A stretch of DNA of 64,000 bases from Gekko japonicus (GCF_001447785.1 NW_015162474.1:1304417-1368416), one strand, 5' to 3'. Shown: positions 1 to 14,010, counted from the stretch's first letter. Program-made: numbers and translations. Notes: generated by a model from the sequence alone, not told the origin.

Positions 1-144
1 ATGTTATTCAGATACAGTAGAATCTGGATTAATTACGAATTCCAATAGAAAAACATAGGTGCCAATTCTATCCTGATTTCATTTAAGGTTCCTGGATGCA
101 TATTTAGAAAATGGGATGTGGACATGCCCAGCATATATGTTTGT

Positions 145-490
145 AAGGTAAAGGTAAAGGTTCCCTTGCTCGAAAGCCAGTCGAATCCGACTCTAGGGTT
201 GCGGTGCTCATCTCCGTTTCAAAGCCGAAGAGCCAGCGCTGTCTGCAGACGTTTCCGTGGTCATGTGGCCGGCATGACTAAACACCAAGGTGCACGGAAC
301 GCTGTTACCTTCCCACCGAAGTGGTCCCTATTTATCTACTTGCAATTTCTTGCTTTCGAACTGCTAGGTTGGCAGGAGCTGGAACTAGAGACAGGAGCTC
401 ACCCTGTCTTGCGGCACCCGGGTCTTGAACCGCTGAACTACTGACCTTCCACAGCCTGCAGTTCAGTGTCTTAACCACTTGAGCCACCGC
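145..490 (-). mobile_element. Sauria-type SINE (tRNA head, RTE/Bov-B-like ACCTTT tail)
   Basis: Minus strand begins GCGGTGGCTCAAGTGG (A box) ... GGTTCAAGACC (B box) and ends in (ACCTTT)n; homologous copy at 9584-9929. Confidence 0.85.
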
Positions 491-699
491 AAGAATTCAT
501 ATCTTCCAAAGTTCATAGCAAAGGGCAGATTTGTCAAGCTACCCTGGGGGAGATACTGCCTGTATTCTTTTTCATTGTATTATGGATGAACATACTCACA
601 TTCATGTAATCATGGAGTTTTTCTGTTGTGAATCCCACTAATGAATCTGGAGGGTAGCAATGCAGGTATCTTTGTGCAAAAATGTCAGCCTGATGATCT

Positions 700-1400
700 T
701 TCATGAACTGATAGAATTCTCCTCTTGCTCGAAGCTGTTGCTTGATAGATGGAGATCGAATCAGAGGGATCCTGTGGCATAAATACATTTTTTTTTGGTG
801 CAGCATATAGTTCTTACCAGATGCCAGGATTTGTACAGTTCTATTTTGAATGTTAATAGGCAAAAGGGACACAATTCACCAAGTGTGTCTCCTGCAGAAG
901 CCTTATTTAAATGAATGGGAGTCGTGAAAGTGTCTGAATGTGACCTTATGCGGTTTCTGTTCATTTCAGTGTGGCCTGTGGTAGAAATGTACTTAGTGGA
1001 TTTTTCCAGATGTTTGGATCTAGGACCATCCTGCACTAAACATGTACAACTTGCAAATACCACAAGTATCTTTAAATAAGATTTTGAAGTAACAGACAGG
1101 ATGCCTTCACAAAAACTTCTCGCATTAATCCACATCCTAGTTACAACCAGGCTATCTTGTACCGCAGTGAACTCTGTGTGGATCTGCCTTTAAAGACAGC
1201 TTGGAAACCACATCTGGTTGAGAATACAGCAACTGGTGTATTGACAGGGGAGCCTGTTTCTTCAATCATCAAAGCTCTTCAAGACTTTATAGTTTGTTTC
1301 TGAGCATGTCAAGAGCTGGTATTGACAATAAATTCATAAACAGCTTATGGCCACTCACTCACAGATGAATCTACCCTACAGTGAAGATAATCTCCTTCAG
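700..1400 (+). mobile_element. Highly decayed L2-clade LINE ORF2 3' fragment
   Basis: 1125-1250 reads LIHILVTTRL..LCVDLPLKTAWKPHLVENTATGVLTG, matching the C-terminal block VIHAMVTSR..LGLPL..LQLVQNVAARLLMG of the L2 at 61240-61355; boundaries approximate. Confidence 0.55.
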
Positions 1401-2311
1401 GAAAGGGATTCCCCCCTCCCCCCTGTGGCACCCTAATTATAGAATTCCATCTTTCTTTACATTTGCCTGATGCCATTGTTATAATCATTGCACCAAGTGA
1501 AGTCCATCCTGTTCATCTATGCAAATCTTGGTCCTGTAGATATTTATATGGTGTTTTTCTTGTTTTCCTGTTTTACTATTTTGTTTTGTTAATTTGTTTT
1601 AACATTTTATTATAAGTTACTTTGAAGGAAATTTAAACCAAAACCAGAGTAAAAAAATTCTTACAACAGTATAGATGATAAAAATGTCCAAATAAGGCAG
1701 ACACCCCACTAAGAACACTTGAGATACTTGAAGTCCTTTCTTACCTTACTAGAGCTGTGATCAATGGAAGGGAAACCAGAACTGCTAATAGGATCTTCAT
1801 GACTTCAGTTGACTAGGAAGAAAAGTAAGGCTGATTCCCCCCCGCCCCCAATAATCTCTTTTATACTTCACTGGATCACAGCCAGCTGCTTGTCAGGTCA
1901 ATCAATAGTTGGCGGTCAGTTGTTTGGCAGAACATTTTGGAATGTGCTCTAGAGGTAACCTTTTATTTATGTAAATACTGCAACCCATCAGAACATATAA
2001 CACGGGGGAGATGGAGACCTGCAGTGAAATATAGCCCCCCATACACACATACGCACGCACACAAATATACATCATAGTCATAAGCCATTTTTATCTTTCC
2101 AAGGGCAGAAGAGAGATATCCAAAGAGACAACAGTCCATATAATTATTTCACCTTGCTCCCTCAGAATGCCAACATTGCCCAATGTGAGACCAAGTTTCA
2201 AACATCTGCTCCACTGTTTAGTCTAGCTAGAATGCTGGGAAGCAACAAGTCAGAGAAAAGAGGGAAAGACCAACAATCATTAGGTTCTTATGGCTGGGTT
2301 ACCCCCAGGTA

Positions 2312-2558
2312 TAGGGTTGCCAGGTCCCCCCTGGCCACTGGTGGGGTATGGGGGGGTAGGGTTGCCAGATCCAGGTTGGGAAACTCCTGGAGATTTGGGA
2401 TTGGAGCCTGGGAAGGACGGGGACCTCTGTGGGGTACAATGCCACAGAGCCCACTCTTCAAAGCATCCATTTTCTCCAGGGAAACGGGTCTCTTTAGTCT
2501 AGAGATGAGCTCTAATTCCAGGGAATCCCCAGGTGCCACTTGGAAGCTGGCATCCCTA
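2312..2558. mobile_element. hAT-type MITE (TAGGGTTGCCA TIR family)
   Basis: TIRs TAGGGTTGCCA / TGGCATCCCTA; 8-bp TSD cccaggta (2304-2311) / cccacgta (2559-2566). Confidence 0.85.
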
Positions 2559-5269
2559 CCCACGTAGCAGGTGCTAGAAATAATGCAGGTCTGCTTCTTT
2601 CTACGTTGTCTCCTTTGTTTGTTGACTATTCTTTCAGGCAGCTACTTCCTCCAGCAGACATAATGCTGTCCTGAGTGTCAGACATGCTTAACTTGTTCTG
2701 ATCACTCCAGGCACCAAACCAGCCTCTGTCTTCCTAACCTCAGCTGCCAGAGGCACCTCTCATTTAACAAGCTATTCCCTGCTGGACATCCTATGCTGGT
2801 GTGCCAGTTGATGGAGGAGTTACCATCCAGAATTTCCCCAACTGCATTCACACCATTGCCCTTTTTCTTTTAGGATATGTCTACATCCCCCGATTTTGTT
2901 CTGAGATATATTTTGCTAGCACCAGAAGCATAAATGAGGAGCAGTGGACTGGTGGAGTTGGGAGAATGACATGGCAGAGAGACAGAGAGGGCAAAAACAA
3001 GGGAGAGCTTTTGTGAGTGGGAGTTATCTCTAAACCTAACTCTGTTGTCTTGTTCCTTCTAGCTGTGTAGAACAACATCAGTATAAGCTAGTGAAAAGCA
3101 GTGTTACTCTTTTCCTAGGATGTTATCATAATTTAGCCCTCTTTATACTTTCTAGATCAGTGATCCTCAACCTTTCCAGAACTGGTACCCACTGAGCTGA
3201 AAGCATGTCATGGGAAGTTACATGACATCACAGCCACATTATGTCATGTGACAGAAAACAAGAAGGGCCAGGGATAGGACACATGAGTTGAGGACTCAAT
3301 TATTCTCAGAAGATATCCTGGGACATTCTTTAATGTTTGGATCTCATTAACTCAACTCAAGAAGACTCTGGCAACATGATATATAGCAATCTAAGGTCAT
3401 ATTAACTTATTTTGATAAACTAGATTAATGATTAAACTGTGAACCAGGTGCCCCTCCCCACCATCACACGTTATTGTTCAGCACAGTATTTAGGACTGAA
3501 AACTTTTGGTTGGTAGGGTAATCTGATTTACAGAGAATTATGACAAGAAGCATAAAGGAAAACTGTGCCCCATAAAAATCCATATTTCACAATAAGGAAA
3601 GACAAATTCTGGCTGCCAAATGAGCCTGATCTTGCCAAGGAATTTATATTTGTCCATTTTAAAGATATACAGATAGCCCAGGCAAGCCCAAACTCATCAG
3701 ATCTCAGAAGCTATGCATGGTCAACTCTGGCAAGGACTTGGAAGGGCAACCTCCACGAAATACCAGAGGTGGGATGCAGGGACAGGCTAATCAAGCCACC
3801 TCTCTGAAAAACGTCCAAGACCCCAGTAGGGGTCACCAGAAGTCAACCATGACTTTCAGGCAAGTAAGGATACACAGATATATCTGGAAATATATAGGTT
3901 CTGAGACCTAATCTATTTTTCTTTTGTGTCCTTTAATCTTTATACTGTTTTATTTGTAAGTGGCTCTACCCACCAGCTACTTAGAACTGAAGCTTGCCAC
4001 ACTGATCTTGCTCGCGTTGAGCATCTTCCCCCTTCCAAAGACAGCTTGAGAATTTTGCTAACCTTTGACAACTCTCTGATTCCAAAGAAGCTTCTCAAAT
4101 TATGAACATGATTGTCTCCTTTTGATATCTTTGCAACTAGAGTTTTTTGTGAGGAGCCCCCTTCAACCATAGTTGCCTGAGTTAAATTCAAATAATCTGG
4201 ACTTAATAGATCTTGTCTCTGCATCCCGCTACACAACCAACTTTGAATGTTTTAGACAACTTAGCTGCTGTAACTGGGTTACATTCTGTCAAATCCTCAG
4301 ATGTCCAGCACAAAGGGGACCAAAAAAATATTCTATTTACTTTGGAACTTCTCAAAAACTCCCTTCACAAATTACAGTCTACCACTGACCCTTTGAAACT
4401 CTTCCTTTCTAAAAGCCATAATGTCAGTGAGTCAGTATCAACTGTGCGGGAAACTCAGGGAGCTCAGGAAACCTCTGATGCCAGTATTATGGCTACCATA
4501 GAGAACAACCCAATCCAACTGCATAAACTGGCTAGCACAACTTCTGCCGTGCAACCTAAATTGGATGATCCCCATGACCAAATGATTCATTTCAGCCTAG
4601 AAAGTATGACTTTATCACTACATGGCTTTCTACTGATATAGCTTGCCTGGTTACAAGCAATTATAGAGCCTGTAGCATATTTGTGTTTTTAATAAAATGT
4701 TCCTTTAAAATGGATGTGGTCAATTATGGACTCGACTGGCTTTCAAGCAAGGAAACCTTTACCTTTAACCTCAAACAATACAGCTGTTTTGAGTTTTAAT
4801 CCAGGCTCTATAACAACTATTGAACTACTTTGGTAAGAAATATTGTATTTTTGAATTTTTGTACTTTTGCAATTTTGTATTTAATACATAAATTGTAAGC
4901 ACATTAAATTGTGATTCTTTTATAGGAATGACTGTTACCTCTCTGGCATTCACATATCTTGGAGAGAGAAAAAATATTTGTATCATTATTGATACTAGGT
5001 AAGTCTAAAAATATATTTGTACTATTGATACTTGGTAAACCTCAATTGCACATTTTTCATCTTGCATTAAGATACTTATATGTTTATATGGTTTAATTTA
5101 TGGAATTTGCACAATTTTTTCAGTTCACTGAAGAAGTTTAATGAAACAAGTAATCCTCGTGTGATTCTTCTTTCAGATGATTCTTTTTCAAATTATTCTT
5201 CTTTCCATGTTGATTCATACTGTATTTATTTTTTGAATATTATATTTGTATATTTTTGTACATTTTAGC

Positions 5270-7130
5270 AGATGAAAATAATTGCGCACAATATGTAAAT
5301 TGAGTATAATTAGATGGAAGGGGAAAGCAGGCAATCTCCATTTTACATCTTAATCCAAGAAACATGCCATGGGGACTATATACACCTAGAAGGAAATTGT
5401 TACTTCTCCATTCCGGGCGGCTATTGGGCACACTGGTCATCTGAGAGCGGGTCTATGCTTTTTAATATCAGTGCTGTTATTCCCCAAATCAGCCCAGCTG
5501 TCATCCTGTCTTCCTTTTGCCTAAACTATTATTTAAATTAACTGCTCTTTGTTGATCACTGTCAATGTATATTTACCCTCTTGTAGTTGTCACACAGATC
5601 TACTGACCCTGAATGAGTACCTAGCAGATCTTGAGACAGAATACCCCTAAGACAGAACTCCTTATAGAGGAAAAATTTAATGCAAGAATTAGAAAGATGA
5701 CCTATCCCTGTGTACTGCCCTAGAAACTGATCCGAGTTACTCCTTTTTCTTTTCCTTTTCCAACATAAGATGCTCCGAAGACACACAGATGAACCCAGTG
5801 GGTTACTTCCTAGCGAATTTTATTATGTCCACTGGCAGATTGATCTTGAATGGATCTCCCCAGCATGATTTTCTAGGTGAATTTACTTCTAGCTCAACAC
5901 AAAGATCAAGTGTTATTGATTATGTCATCTTATCACCCTACTTAAGAAAGCTAGACAGGGATTTTTATGTAGATGATTGCATAGAGAGCAACCACTTTCC
6001 ATTGATTATTGTCCTTGAATATGAGTGCTCCCAATCACCACCATTTACTAACAACACATCAGAGAGCATAATCCTCCTATTAAAGGGTTAGCTGGAATCA
6101 GAAGATGGGCGAGGAGATCACTAAGGTACTTGACTCTGAAACTGAACTGAAGCAACAATTAATCAATGCCCAAAATGTGTCTGCGGCCCACATTCATTTC
6201 AGGGAACTTATTAACATAATTAAAACTTTCTTTGCCTGGCGATCTACTGCCTGCAGACATAAATAAGAAATAAATCAGACTCTTGGTTTGATGCTGGAAA
6301 TTGAAAACCCACCTTCAGACCCTCTTCCGTTTTCATCACGACATAGATGCAACTAGACTACCTGCCAATTATTTTGAGCTGAAAAAACAACTTCAGCACA
6401 CTATCATTCTCAAGAAGAGATCACTGCTGAATAAGAAATGGGATCTACTAATCAATGGCTCACTAACTGATTATAAGAAACAATTTTGGGCTCTAGTCAC
6501 GGGTACCCTTTCGGACAGAAGTCGCGCTCTCGATTCTCTAGTCCCTCCCCAGTTATGGATCGCTCATTTCTTAAAATTTATTCTATGATCCATCAGCAAG
6601 CACTTCTGATTACCAAAACAGCATCCTTCAGGATTTCCCCAAATGGCCTTCCATTACTCCAAAGGAAATTAAATATCTAAACAGTAAACTGCAAACCAAA
6701 AAGGGCTCAGGTCCAGATGGTCTCCCCCCAAAAAAAAATTATTCAAGAAACACCTGGGATGGTGGGCCACTCTTCTAGCTACCCTTTTTATTCTTATTGA
6801 TAAAACTGGAAGGATACCTGAATCCTGGACTAAGGCTGTAGTGGCCTGGGTTTTTTACAGCCACAAAACCCCTGGGAATTACCACCCAATAAGCCTTCTC
6901 TTAACGCTACACAAACCATCTGCTGGACAAACGATATTCCTGGCTTCATGACCAAAAAGTTTTGGGCCCTGAGTAGATTGTTTTCTGCTCTGATAGATCC
7001 AGTCTTGATCATTGTATTATACTCATCAACTTCACTGAGAAATATAGAGGTGCTGCGGGGATGTACTGTGCCTTCATCAACTTGAAGGGGACCTTTGATT
7101 CACTATCCAGAAGTTTATTGTGGAATAATT
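5270..7130 (+). mobile_element. Decayed APE-type non-LTR retrotransposon ORF2 (endonuclease + start of RT), possibly RTE-X-like
   Basis: Broken frames give ILIQET, LILNG..GEFT..SVIDY..SNHFPL (APE domain), then GPDGLP, IPESW, NYHPISLL and FINLKGTFDSL (RT motifs); ORF1-like sequence may extend upstream to ~3900. Confidence 0.75.
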
Positions 7131-8288
7131 TTTAAAATTTGTGTCATCAGTAGCATACAACAGCACTGAATCCTAGATCATAGAACTTGTAATGGAATGC
7201 ATGGAAGGATGCTATCTACCAGAGTCAATTCAGTGGTATAAATGAACCTACTACATTGTTTAAAGGATATGAAATTAATACAAACAATGGCTCAGTAACA
7301 TATTGTAATAGAATGACCCAGGAAGGTGCTTTTATAAATGGAATGGAAGATTGTGAACTGCATACAGTATGTATTATCTTACTCTCACTGCACTGTTTTA
7401 TGCTTATATAAAACCATTTTCTGCATTAACATATCATGTCTAAATACTTTGTTTCAGATTGCTGTAATCCTAGTCCTATAACATTAATTATCAGAAGCTT
7501 CATTCTATTTATTATGACTTACATGCCTTGAGTCTCAGTGAAAAAGATGGGCTATAAATAAAATAATCACAATGCGCCCTCCTTGCATGCAGTTGCTTGA
7601 ATGTGCGCGCGCAAGATTTATAGTAAAAATGAAGCAAATTCCAACAAAAGTGAACTTCTTCCAAGTAGCATGACTCTAGTTTGTCCTCCTTGATTCAGAA
7701 AATGACCTTACATTTTCACATTGTATCTACTGCACATTGCTTTTTGCTGGGGAAGCTGGATTTCTTTCTATACCAATGCTTCTCAAGCGGTTTCAACTTG
7801 GGGTCCCCTTGGGGCTTTCTAGAACCCCCAATATGAGGTGGCATACAAAGATCTGAACTGAGAGCACAGCATAAGTGCCAGCACTTCCAGGGACCTCCCT
7901 TTCTTCTGCAACTCCTCAGAACAGCTTTCAAAAAGTTGGAGAGGGTTCTTCCTGGTCTCTCCTGGACTCCCTGTGTTTGCTCTGCCGGCTCAGGAAAGAA
8001 GAAAAGCAGCTTCATAGGATAACTTGATACACCCCCTCCTGGTTGCTAGAAGGCATCTGCCTACCCAACTCACCTGAAGAAGGCTGCAGTGGTTCAGCCA
8101 GTGGTAGCCAACCTGTGACAATACTTCACAGACACACACCAGAGGTCTCTTCCCCCCCACCCCCGGAAGGGTCTTTGGAAAAAGGCTCATTTTCTTAAAG
8201 TCTGTGTTGAAGGACTCCTGAGACAATACCAGGTTTCCTCCTGAGGGATGCTCAGCACAGAAAAGACCACCAAACAGAGACATTAGAC

Positions 8289-9135
8289 CAGGAGCTCCCA
8301 ACATGGGACCTATGGGCACCGTAACACCCACAAGGGCAGGGCCAGATGGGGCTTTTGCCCATCAGGGCTTCTAATTTGCCCTTGGAGATCTGATTGGCTG
8401 AGCAAATTTTTTAAAATGCTGCTTTGGGAGCAGCTGCCAGCACAGCGCAAGGATCTTTACAGAGTGACAGAAGGTAAGCAAGAAATTATTTGCAAGAAAC
8501 TATTTAAAAACAGTATGTTCATTTTCCATAAAATTTTCTTGGCGGATTTTTCCAGAGTAGGTCGCCAGGCCTTTCTCCAATATGGAAGAGCAAGGACATC
8601 AGCCTAGCAACCAAATGCAGATTAGTCCGTGCTATTATGTTCCCCATAGCAACCTATGGCTGCGGAAAGTTGGACCATGAAGAAGCAAGGCAGGAGGAAA
8701 ATCGACTCATTTGAGCTGTTGTGCTGGAGAAGGCTTCCTTGGACAGCAAAGGTGACAAACAAGCAAATATTGGAGCACATAAAACCAGACATGCCATTGG
8801 AAGGGAAAAATCACAAAGCTGCGACTGACTTATTTCAGCCATGTCATGCGGAAGAACTCACTAGAAAAAGCAATTATGCTTGGACTGGTTAGCAGCAAAA
8901 GGAAACCTGGCCGCCAAAGAACACCAGCCTGAAAATGGAATAACTCAAAGAAACAGTACAAGATCGGAAAACGTGAAGAGAGCTTTTTCCTGAAATGTTG
9001 AAAAGCTATTATTATACACTCCCTGACATTCTGTGGTTGGCTCTGCCTCCTATGGTGGCCATTTTGTGGTTGCACCCACCACCTTGCATCAGAACTCCAG
9101 AGGTCCCCATAGGCTGAAAAGGGTTGGGAACCCTG
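8289..9135. mobile_element. Non-autonomous hAT element containing an RTE fragment
   Basis: Ends CAGGAGCTCCCAAC / GTTGGGAACCCTG; 8-bp TSD cattagac (8281-8288) / cattagat (9136-9143). Confidence 0.7.
8575..8990 (+). mobile_element. RTE/Bov-B LINE 3' fragment
   Basis: ESWTMKKQGRRKIDSFELLCWRR..PWTAKVTNKQILEHIKPDMPLEGK is the RTE C-terminal region; similar to the ORF at 34573-34929. Confidence 0.85.
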
Positions 9136-9583
9136 CATTAGATGCTACAGGTAAACCATACTCAGCTTCATTTATCCAGAGCAAATGAAATGAAGTAGAC
9201 GTCAGCTATTTCTTACAGCCATATGTATCCCACAATATGACAAAACCATATGTGTCACTTCTTTGAGTTGGACATGAAATCAGCAACTCTCCTTAATCCA
9301 TACATCACGTGATGTGTGTAATAATACCTGTTTGCCTGGGGCCCACAGCCCCAGCGATTTCAGCTTCAAGTTCAAATTTCTACCTGAATACTTCTTAGCT
9401 TGCCATGAAACAATTAGTTTTTACTGCCCTGGAATCAGCTACAGGTTATAGCTAACTACTGCTTTATTGGCCACAGGCATTAGTATGATAGACTAATATT
9501 AAATAGGGCTTGCCCCACCATGGTTTGAGAAACACTGCTTTCTCTACATGGACCTACACACATTTTCAGTAATTAAAGATTAG

Positions 9584-9929
9584 TAAAGGTAAAGGTTTCC
9601 CTTGCTTGAAAGCCAAACGAACCTGACTCTAGGAATGCAGTGCTCATCTCCGTTTCCAAGCCAAAGAGCCAGTGCTGTCCAAAGGCGTTTCTGTGGTCAT
9701 GTGACCGGCATGACTAGACACTGAGGTGCACAGAACACTGTTACCTTCCCACTGAAGCGGTACTATTTATCTACTTGCAATTTCTTGCTTTCAGACTGCT
9801 AGGTTGGCAGTAGCTTGGACCAGAAACGGGAGCTCACTCCGTCATGCGGCACTTGGGTCTCGAACTGCCGAACTACCGACCTTCCGGTCTGCAGTTCAAC
9901 GTCTTAACCACTTGAGCCACTGCAGCCAC
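9584..9929 (-). mobile_element. Sauria-type SINE, full length
   Basis: Homologous to 145-490; 14-bp TSD taattaaagattag at 9570-9583 and 9930-9943. Confidence 0.9.
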
Positions 9930-10499
9930 TAATTAAAGATTAGCCAGTTTCTATTTGTGGACTTCTTCCATCACTTTGTCCAAGTTCATCTATCTACAGT
10001 ACCACTGGTTTCCCTCTCCCATCTCTGTGTTTACTACCAAGCTTTTGCCTATGCCTTCCTTTTCTTTTTATCAGTGCACCTGCTTTGCTGCTTTACCTTT
10101 CCATGTGACTGATACATATATTAGAAAACTTTCTCCCAAACCACCACCCTAATCTCATCTCATCTGCTTCTCTTTGGTCACCTGACTCTAGCCCCATCAT
10201 TAATTACCATCCCTGGCTTCTTCCTTGTCTACCTACAACCCATCTAAGCAAAGACCCTCTCATTTCTAGTCTTGTAAGCAGCATGTTGAATATTACTGAG
10301 CATGTGGCTGAATGAACTCGACAGTACAACTCCTGTTACTCATACGTGGCTACAAGATGCACAGTGCCTTAAAAGTGGGGCTTTTTCTGAGGGGGGGGGG
10401 ATTTTGGAAAATATTCCAGATCAACCAGAGGACAGTTTTAGAACTTCACAACGATGGTTTTGTTTCCTTTATGTCTGAGAGCTGTCCCAAAGTCAGGTC

Positions 10500-10600
10500 T
10501 GTATTTCTCATCACCAGACACTCCTTCACTTATCAGAACATTTCAAGGCTCTTGAGATTAATGATTGTTGCTATGTAGACGGAGTATATATTATAGCAGG
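10500..10600 (+). promoter_or_regulatory. Putative LRRC10 core promoter (TATA-like element and GATA site)
   Basis: TATATATTATA at ~10585 and TTATCA at ~10530, 130-190 bp upstream of the ATG; motif match only. Confidence 0.35.
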
Positions 10601-10713
10601 ATGGAGGAAGTTGCCAGAAGAACAGCACACAGGGTAAAAAAAAAAGGCAGCTTCCCCAGTCCACAAGATTTATTCTTGTAGCAACAGCCCATTTACGTTG
10701 TGAAGTTTTCAGG

Positions 10714-11550
10714 ATGGGTAATGTTTTCAGAGCAGTTATTGCTTTTATTCCTTCTGATGACTGTCAGAAATACCTCCTAGGGGACCTTGAAGAGATGCCA
10801 ATTGATAAGATGCTGGACCTGAGCAGCAGCCAACTGAGGCGATTTCCCTTGTGTGTTTGTTCGTTTAGGGAGCTGGTCAAGCTGTACCTGAGTGACAACA
10901 ATCTGAACTATCTGCCCCCTGAACTAGAACAGCTCCAGAACCTCCAGATCCTTGCACTGGATTTCAACAACTTTGAAACACTCCCCTTAGTTGTGTGCAG
11001 CCTGAAGCAACTGTGCATTCTTTACCTGGGAAACAACAAACTCTGGGACCTTCCTATGGAGCTCCACCTTCTGAAGAACCTCAAGACCCTGTGGATTGAG
11101 TCCAACTGCCTGTACCACCTGCCCAATGTGGTGTGTGAACTGAGGCACCTCAAGACCTTGCACGTTGGATCCAATGCACTACGCTCCCTCCCTGGACAGC
11201 TTCGATACCTGCAGGAACTTCGTACTATCTGGCTATCGGGCAACCTTCTGGCTGATTTCCCACCTGTGCTGCTCCACATGCCCTTTCTGGAAGTCATTGA
11301 TGTGGACCGCAATGCTATCCGTTACTTCCCCAGTCTCAAGCAACTCAGCGGGTTAAAGCTGGTAATCTATGATCATAATCCTTGCAGAAATGCACCCAAG
11401 GTGGCTAAGGGGGTACATCGGGTAGGGAGGTGGTCAGAAGAGAGCCCAGAGCCTAGGAAAAGATCTGGTCTGGACAGGGGTAAAGAAGCTGAGGATATCA
11501 CTTCACTTCTGCCTCTGCCTCTCCCCTGCAAACTGTCTCTGTCTGATTAA
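10714..11550 (+). CDS. LRRC10: Leucine-rich repeat-containing protein 10 (cardiac), intronless
   Basis: 278 aa: MGN..AFIP.D.CQ.Y, tandem LxxLxLxxNxL repeats, LKLVIYDHNPCRNAPKVAKGV.RVGRW.EE; syntenic with CCT2/FRS2 as in human 12q15. Confidence 0.97.
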   Translation: MGNVFRAVIAFIPSDDCQKYLLGDLEEMPIDKMLDLSSSQLRRFPLCVCSFRELVKLYLSDNNLNYLPPELEQLQNLQILALDFNNFETLPLVVCSLKQLCILYLGNNKLWDLPMELHLLKNLKTLWIESNCLYHLPNVVCELRHLKTLHVGSNALRSLPGQLRYLQELRTIWLSGNLLADFPPVLLHMPFLEVIDVDRNAIRYFPSLKQLSGLKLVIYDHNPCRNAPKVAKGVHRVGRWSEESPEPRKRSGLDRGKEAEDITSLLPLPLPCKLSLSD

Positions 11551-13261
11551 TGAGCTTCCTCAAGATTGCCGCACTGGCAGCCTTCAACAGAGAAAACAGC
11601 TGAGCAAGGTTGTGACTCTTGCACCAAACAATGGGCCTGAGAACCGCACAATCAGGTGCTTTTAGGGACCATGCTTTTTCACATGTGAATTTACATTTCT
11701 GTAGGTTGTGCACAGGTAATGTGAGCAATTACAGCAATTGCCTAGGATTAAAAAAGAAACCTTTCAACTTGACTAGCACTCCATAGATATCCACAAAAAC
11801 TTATTTGAAGAAAAAAGCAAGTACACAATAAATTAAGTGTCAAGCAAGATAAATCCGTTTTGGATAACTGGATGATGTTGCATTTATTTTTAATTTTTTT
11901 GTACAAGGAAAACTGAAGGTATAGCACTTGATATGATTTTAGGAACTGCCTAGAAGTGTTTTTGACTATTTTCAAAAAATTCATACTGCAAGTGTACCTT
12001 ACCTCTGTTGTGCAGTAGTCTAAATGAGAGCTTTCAAGGCCACTGTAGAATGCCACAAAGACATCTAAACTGGTTTATCAACTGCTTCCTTTCACAAGGA
12101 AACATAGATCTGCAAGTGGAACTAGTCAAGGGTTTCTTTTCAGCACCTTCACCTAACTCTTTTGGGGAAATCGTGATGGATATAGTAGGAAATCAAAATA
12201 TTGTTAGTGTGTATTTATTGCAAGTAACAATTATAATTGCATTTTATATATGGCCATGTATGACAAGATTATTTGCAGTAATTTTTCTTTCCCTTTGGAA
12301 ACACATCAGTGAAAAACAAAAGTTCATGGTATTTGTTTTTTGTCCCCCTCCCCCTTTTTTTGTTTACTGAAAGAAAACCCGCTATTACTTTAGGGGCCGT
12401 TTACTAACACACCAGTGGGAATGCCCTCAAATGACAAAGGTGTACAGCCACTTCTTTGTGTATTTTGCTAAAAAAGTGCAGACACCGCTAGATGTTTCCT
12501 CACAATTTCCAAAAGTATCTTGGCTTTCGACTATAAGCAGCCTCACTTGATATACGGTTGGACTCACAGGCTTCCAGATAAAGATGTTTTTATAGTAAAA
12601 TCAACATATTTCATACAAATATTCATTCAGGAGGTGTGCCCTGACTTGAACAAACTGTACTATAATTTTTAAGGTTACAGTATTTAGCATAGCAATGCCA
12701 TAGTTATTCCTCATGTAAATATTAAGGCCTATTATTGTGTTTTAGTATAAAATTTATACATTAATTCTGATCTAGTAACAGCAGTGTTTTATACATAAAT
12801 TAAATCTGAAAGTAGCCTGACAAACTGAAAACCACTAGTAAAGAATAGTTTTCCCCCCCCCCCCCCCCCCCGAAAAAGTTCCATCAGGTGAGTCCTCATT
12901 TTGCACTCTGGAGTGGTACTATTATGAATAAATGATACCACATGTAATTCCTATTCTATCTAAATTGAATCTAAGAATGAACCCAAAATTGAAGTTTATT
13001 AACAAAAACATATGCAAAAAAGATCTTCACTGACTCTAGGTCTGAGAACTTCATGTCTTGTAGTACTGGGAGCTTAGACAGTGCATGCGAAAAAGCCATA
13101 TTGCTGCAGAACTATTTCATGAAGTTCCTCTAAACATATAAATAACACTTTTGCAAAACTATGAAGGCTAAGTATGGGTTGCCAATTACAGTATCAATAT
13201 TCTATTTTCTGGGATTTATGATGGCAAACAGCTATAATACAAGAGCTGTAAGAATACATCC

Positions 13262-14010
13262 ATTCCCCAAGAGATACGTCACTATAGTTTCTAACAAATT
13301 TGGAAAAAAGCCTCAAATGCTAAAGATAATGGTGGTGAGTTTATATTGCCACACACACAAACCTTCTTGGCAGTGGAAGGCATCCTGCAGAGGAAGTGGG
13401 TGAGCTTTACACCTGAGCAGAAGGGCACTGCTGAAAGGAAACGGGGAGATCTTTACTGGGGATGAGGAAGTGCATGCTCATGGATGCAGGCCTACCCAAT
13501 AAGTGGAGGGGTCAAAGCAATCCTGACTGCAAAGTATCTCCAGAACAGACTGCCCACAAAAGGGAGCACAAATATGGCATGACAAGGGACACATCAGAGT
13601 ATTTGGCAGCAAGGCCTTCACATCTGAACCCAGTAAGAAAAGACAAAAACTAGATCCTAGAACCAGAGAAAGTGTTTTTGTGGGATATGATTCTGGTGGT
13701 AAGGGGTATAGAGTGCTGTGCCCAGAAACAGGTGAAGTCTATGCCAAGCATGTGATTCACTTGGACAAAAGCAGAACCAGTAGAGAAGAGACTGCATCAT
13801 GTGACTCAGAAAAGGCAGATGACCAGTACCGGCTCTTGGACCTTGAACCAGGGCACAATGATGAAACATCAGAAGAAGACACAGAACGTGAGAAGGCAGA
13901 TTCCAAAGCAACTGTGCCCGAGATTCAGGGCAGTACATCAGAGGAATGAGGAGACAGGTGGACTCGAAAGCTCTGTGACAGCAGATGAAAATCCAGGACC
14001 GCACCTCCGA
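13262..14010 (+). mobile_element. Ty1/Copia LTR-retrotransposon integrase remnant
   Basis: Frameshifted NKFGKKPQML..DNGGEF..TPEQKGTAERK..MRKCMLMDAGLPNKW..AILTAKYLQNRLP..HIRVFGSKAF..KKRQKLDPRTRESVFVGYDSGGKGYRV. Confidence 0.88.

Noticed and set aside
534-1135. Overlapping minus-strand ORFs (112 and 124 aa), considered as a viral fossil or pseudogene
   Set aside because: No recognisable motifs; the plus strand matches decayed L2 ORF2
1-10700. BEST3 terminal exons expected from synteny
   Set aside because: No bestrophin-like peptide found; probably outside the window
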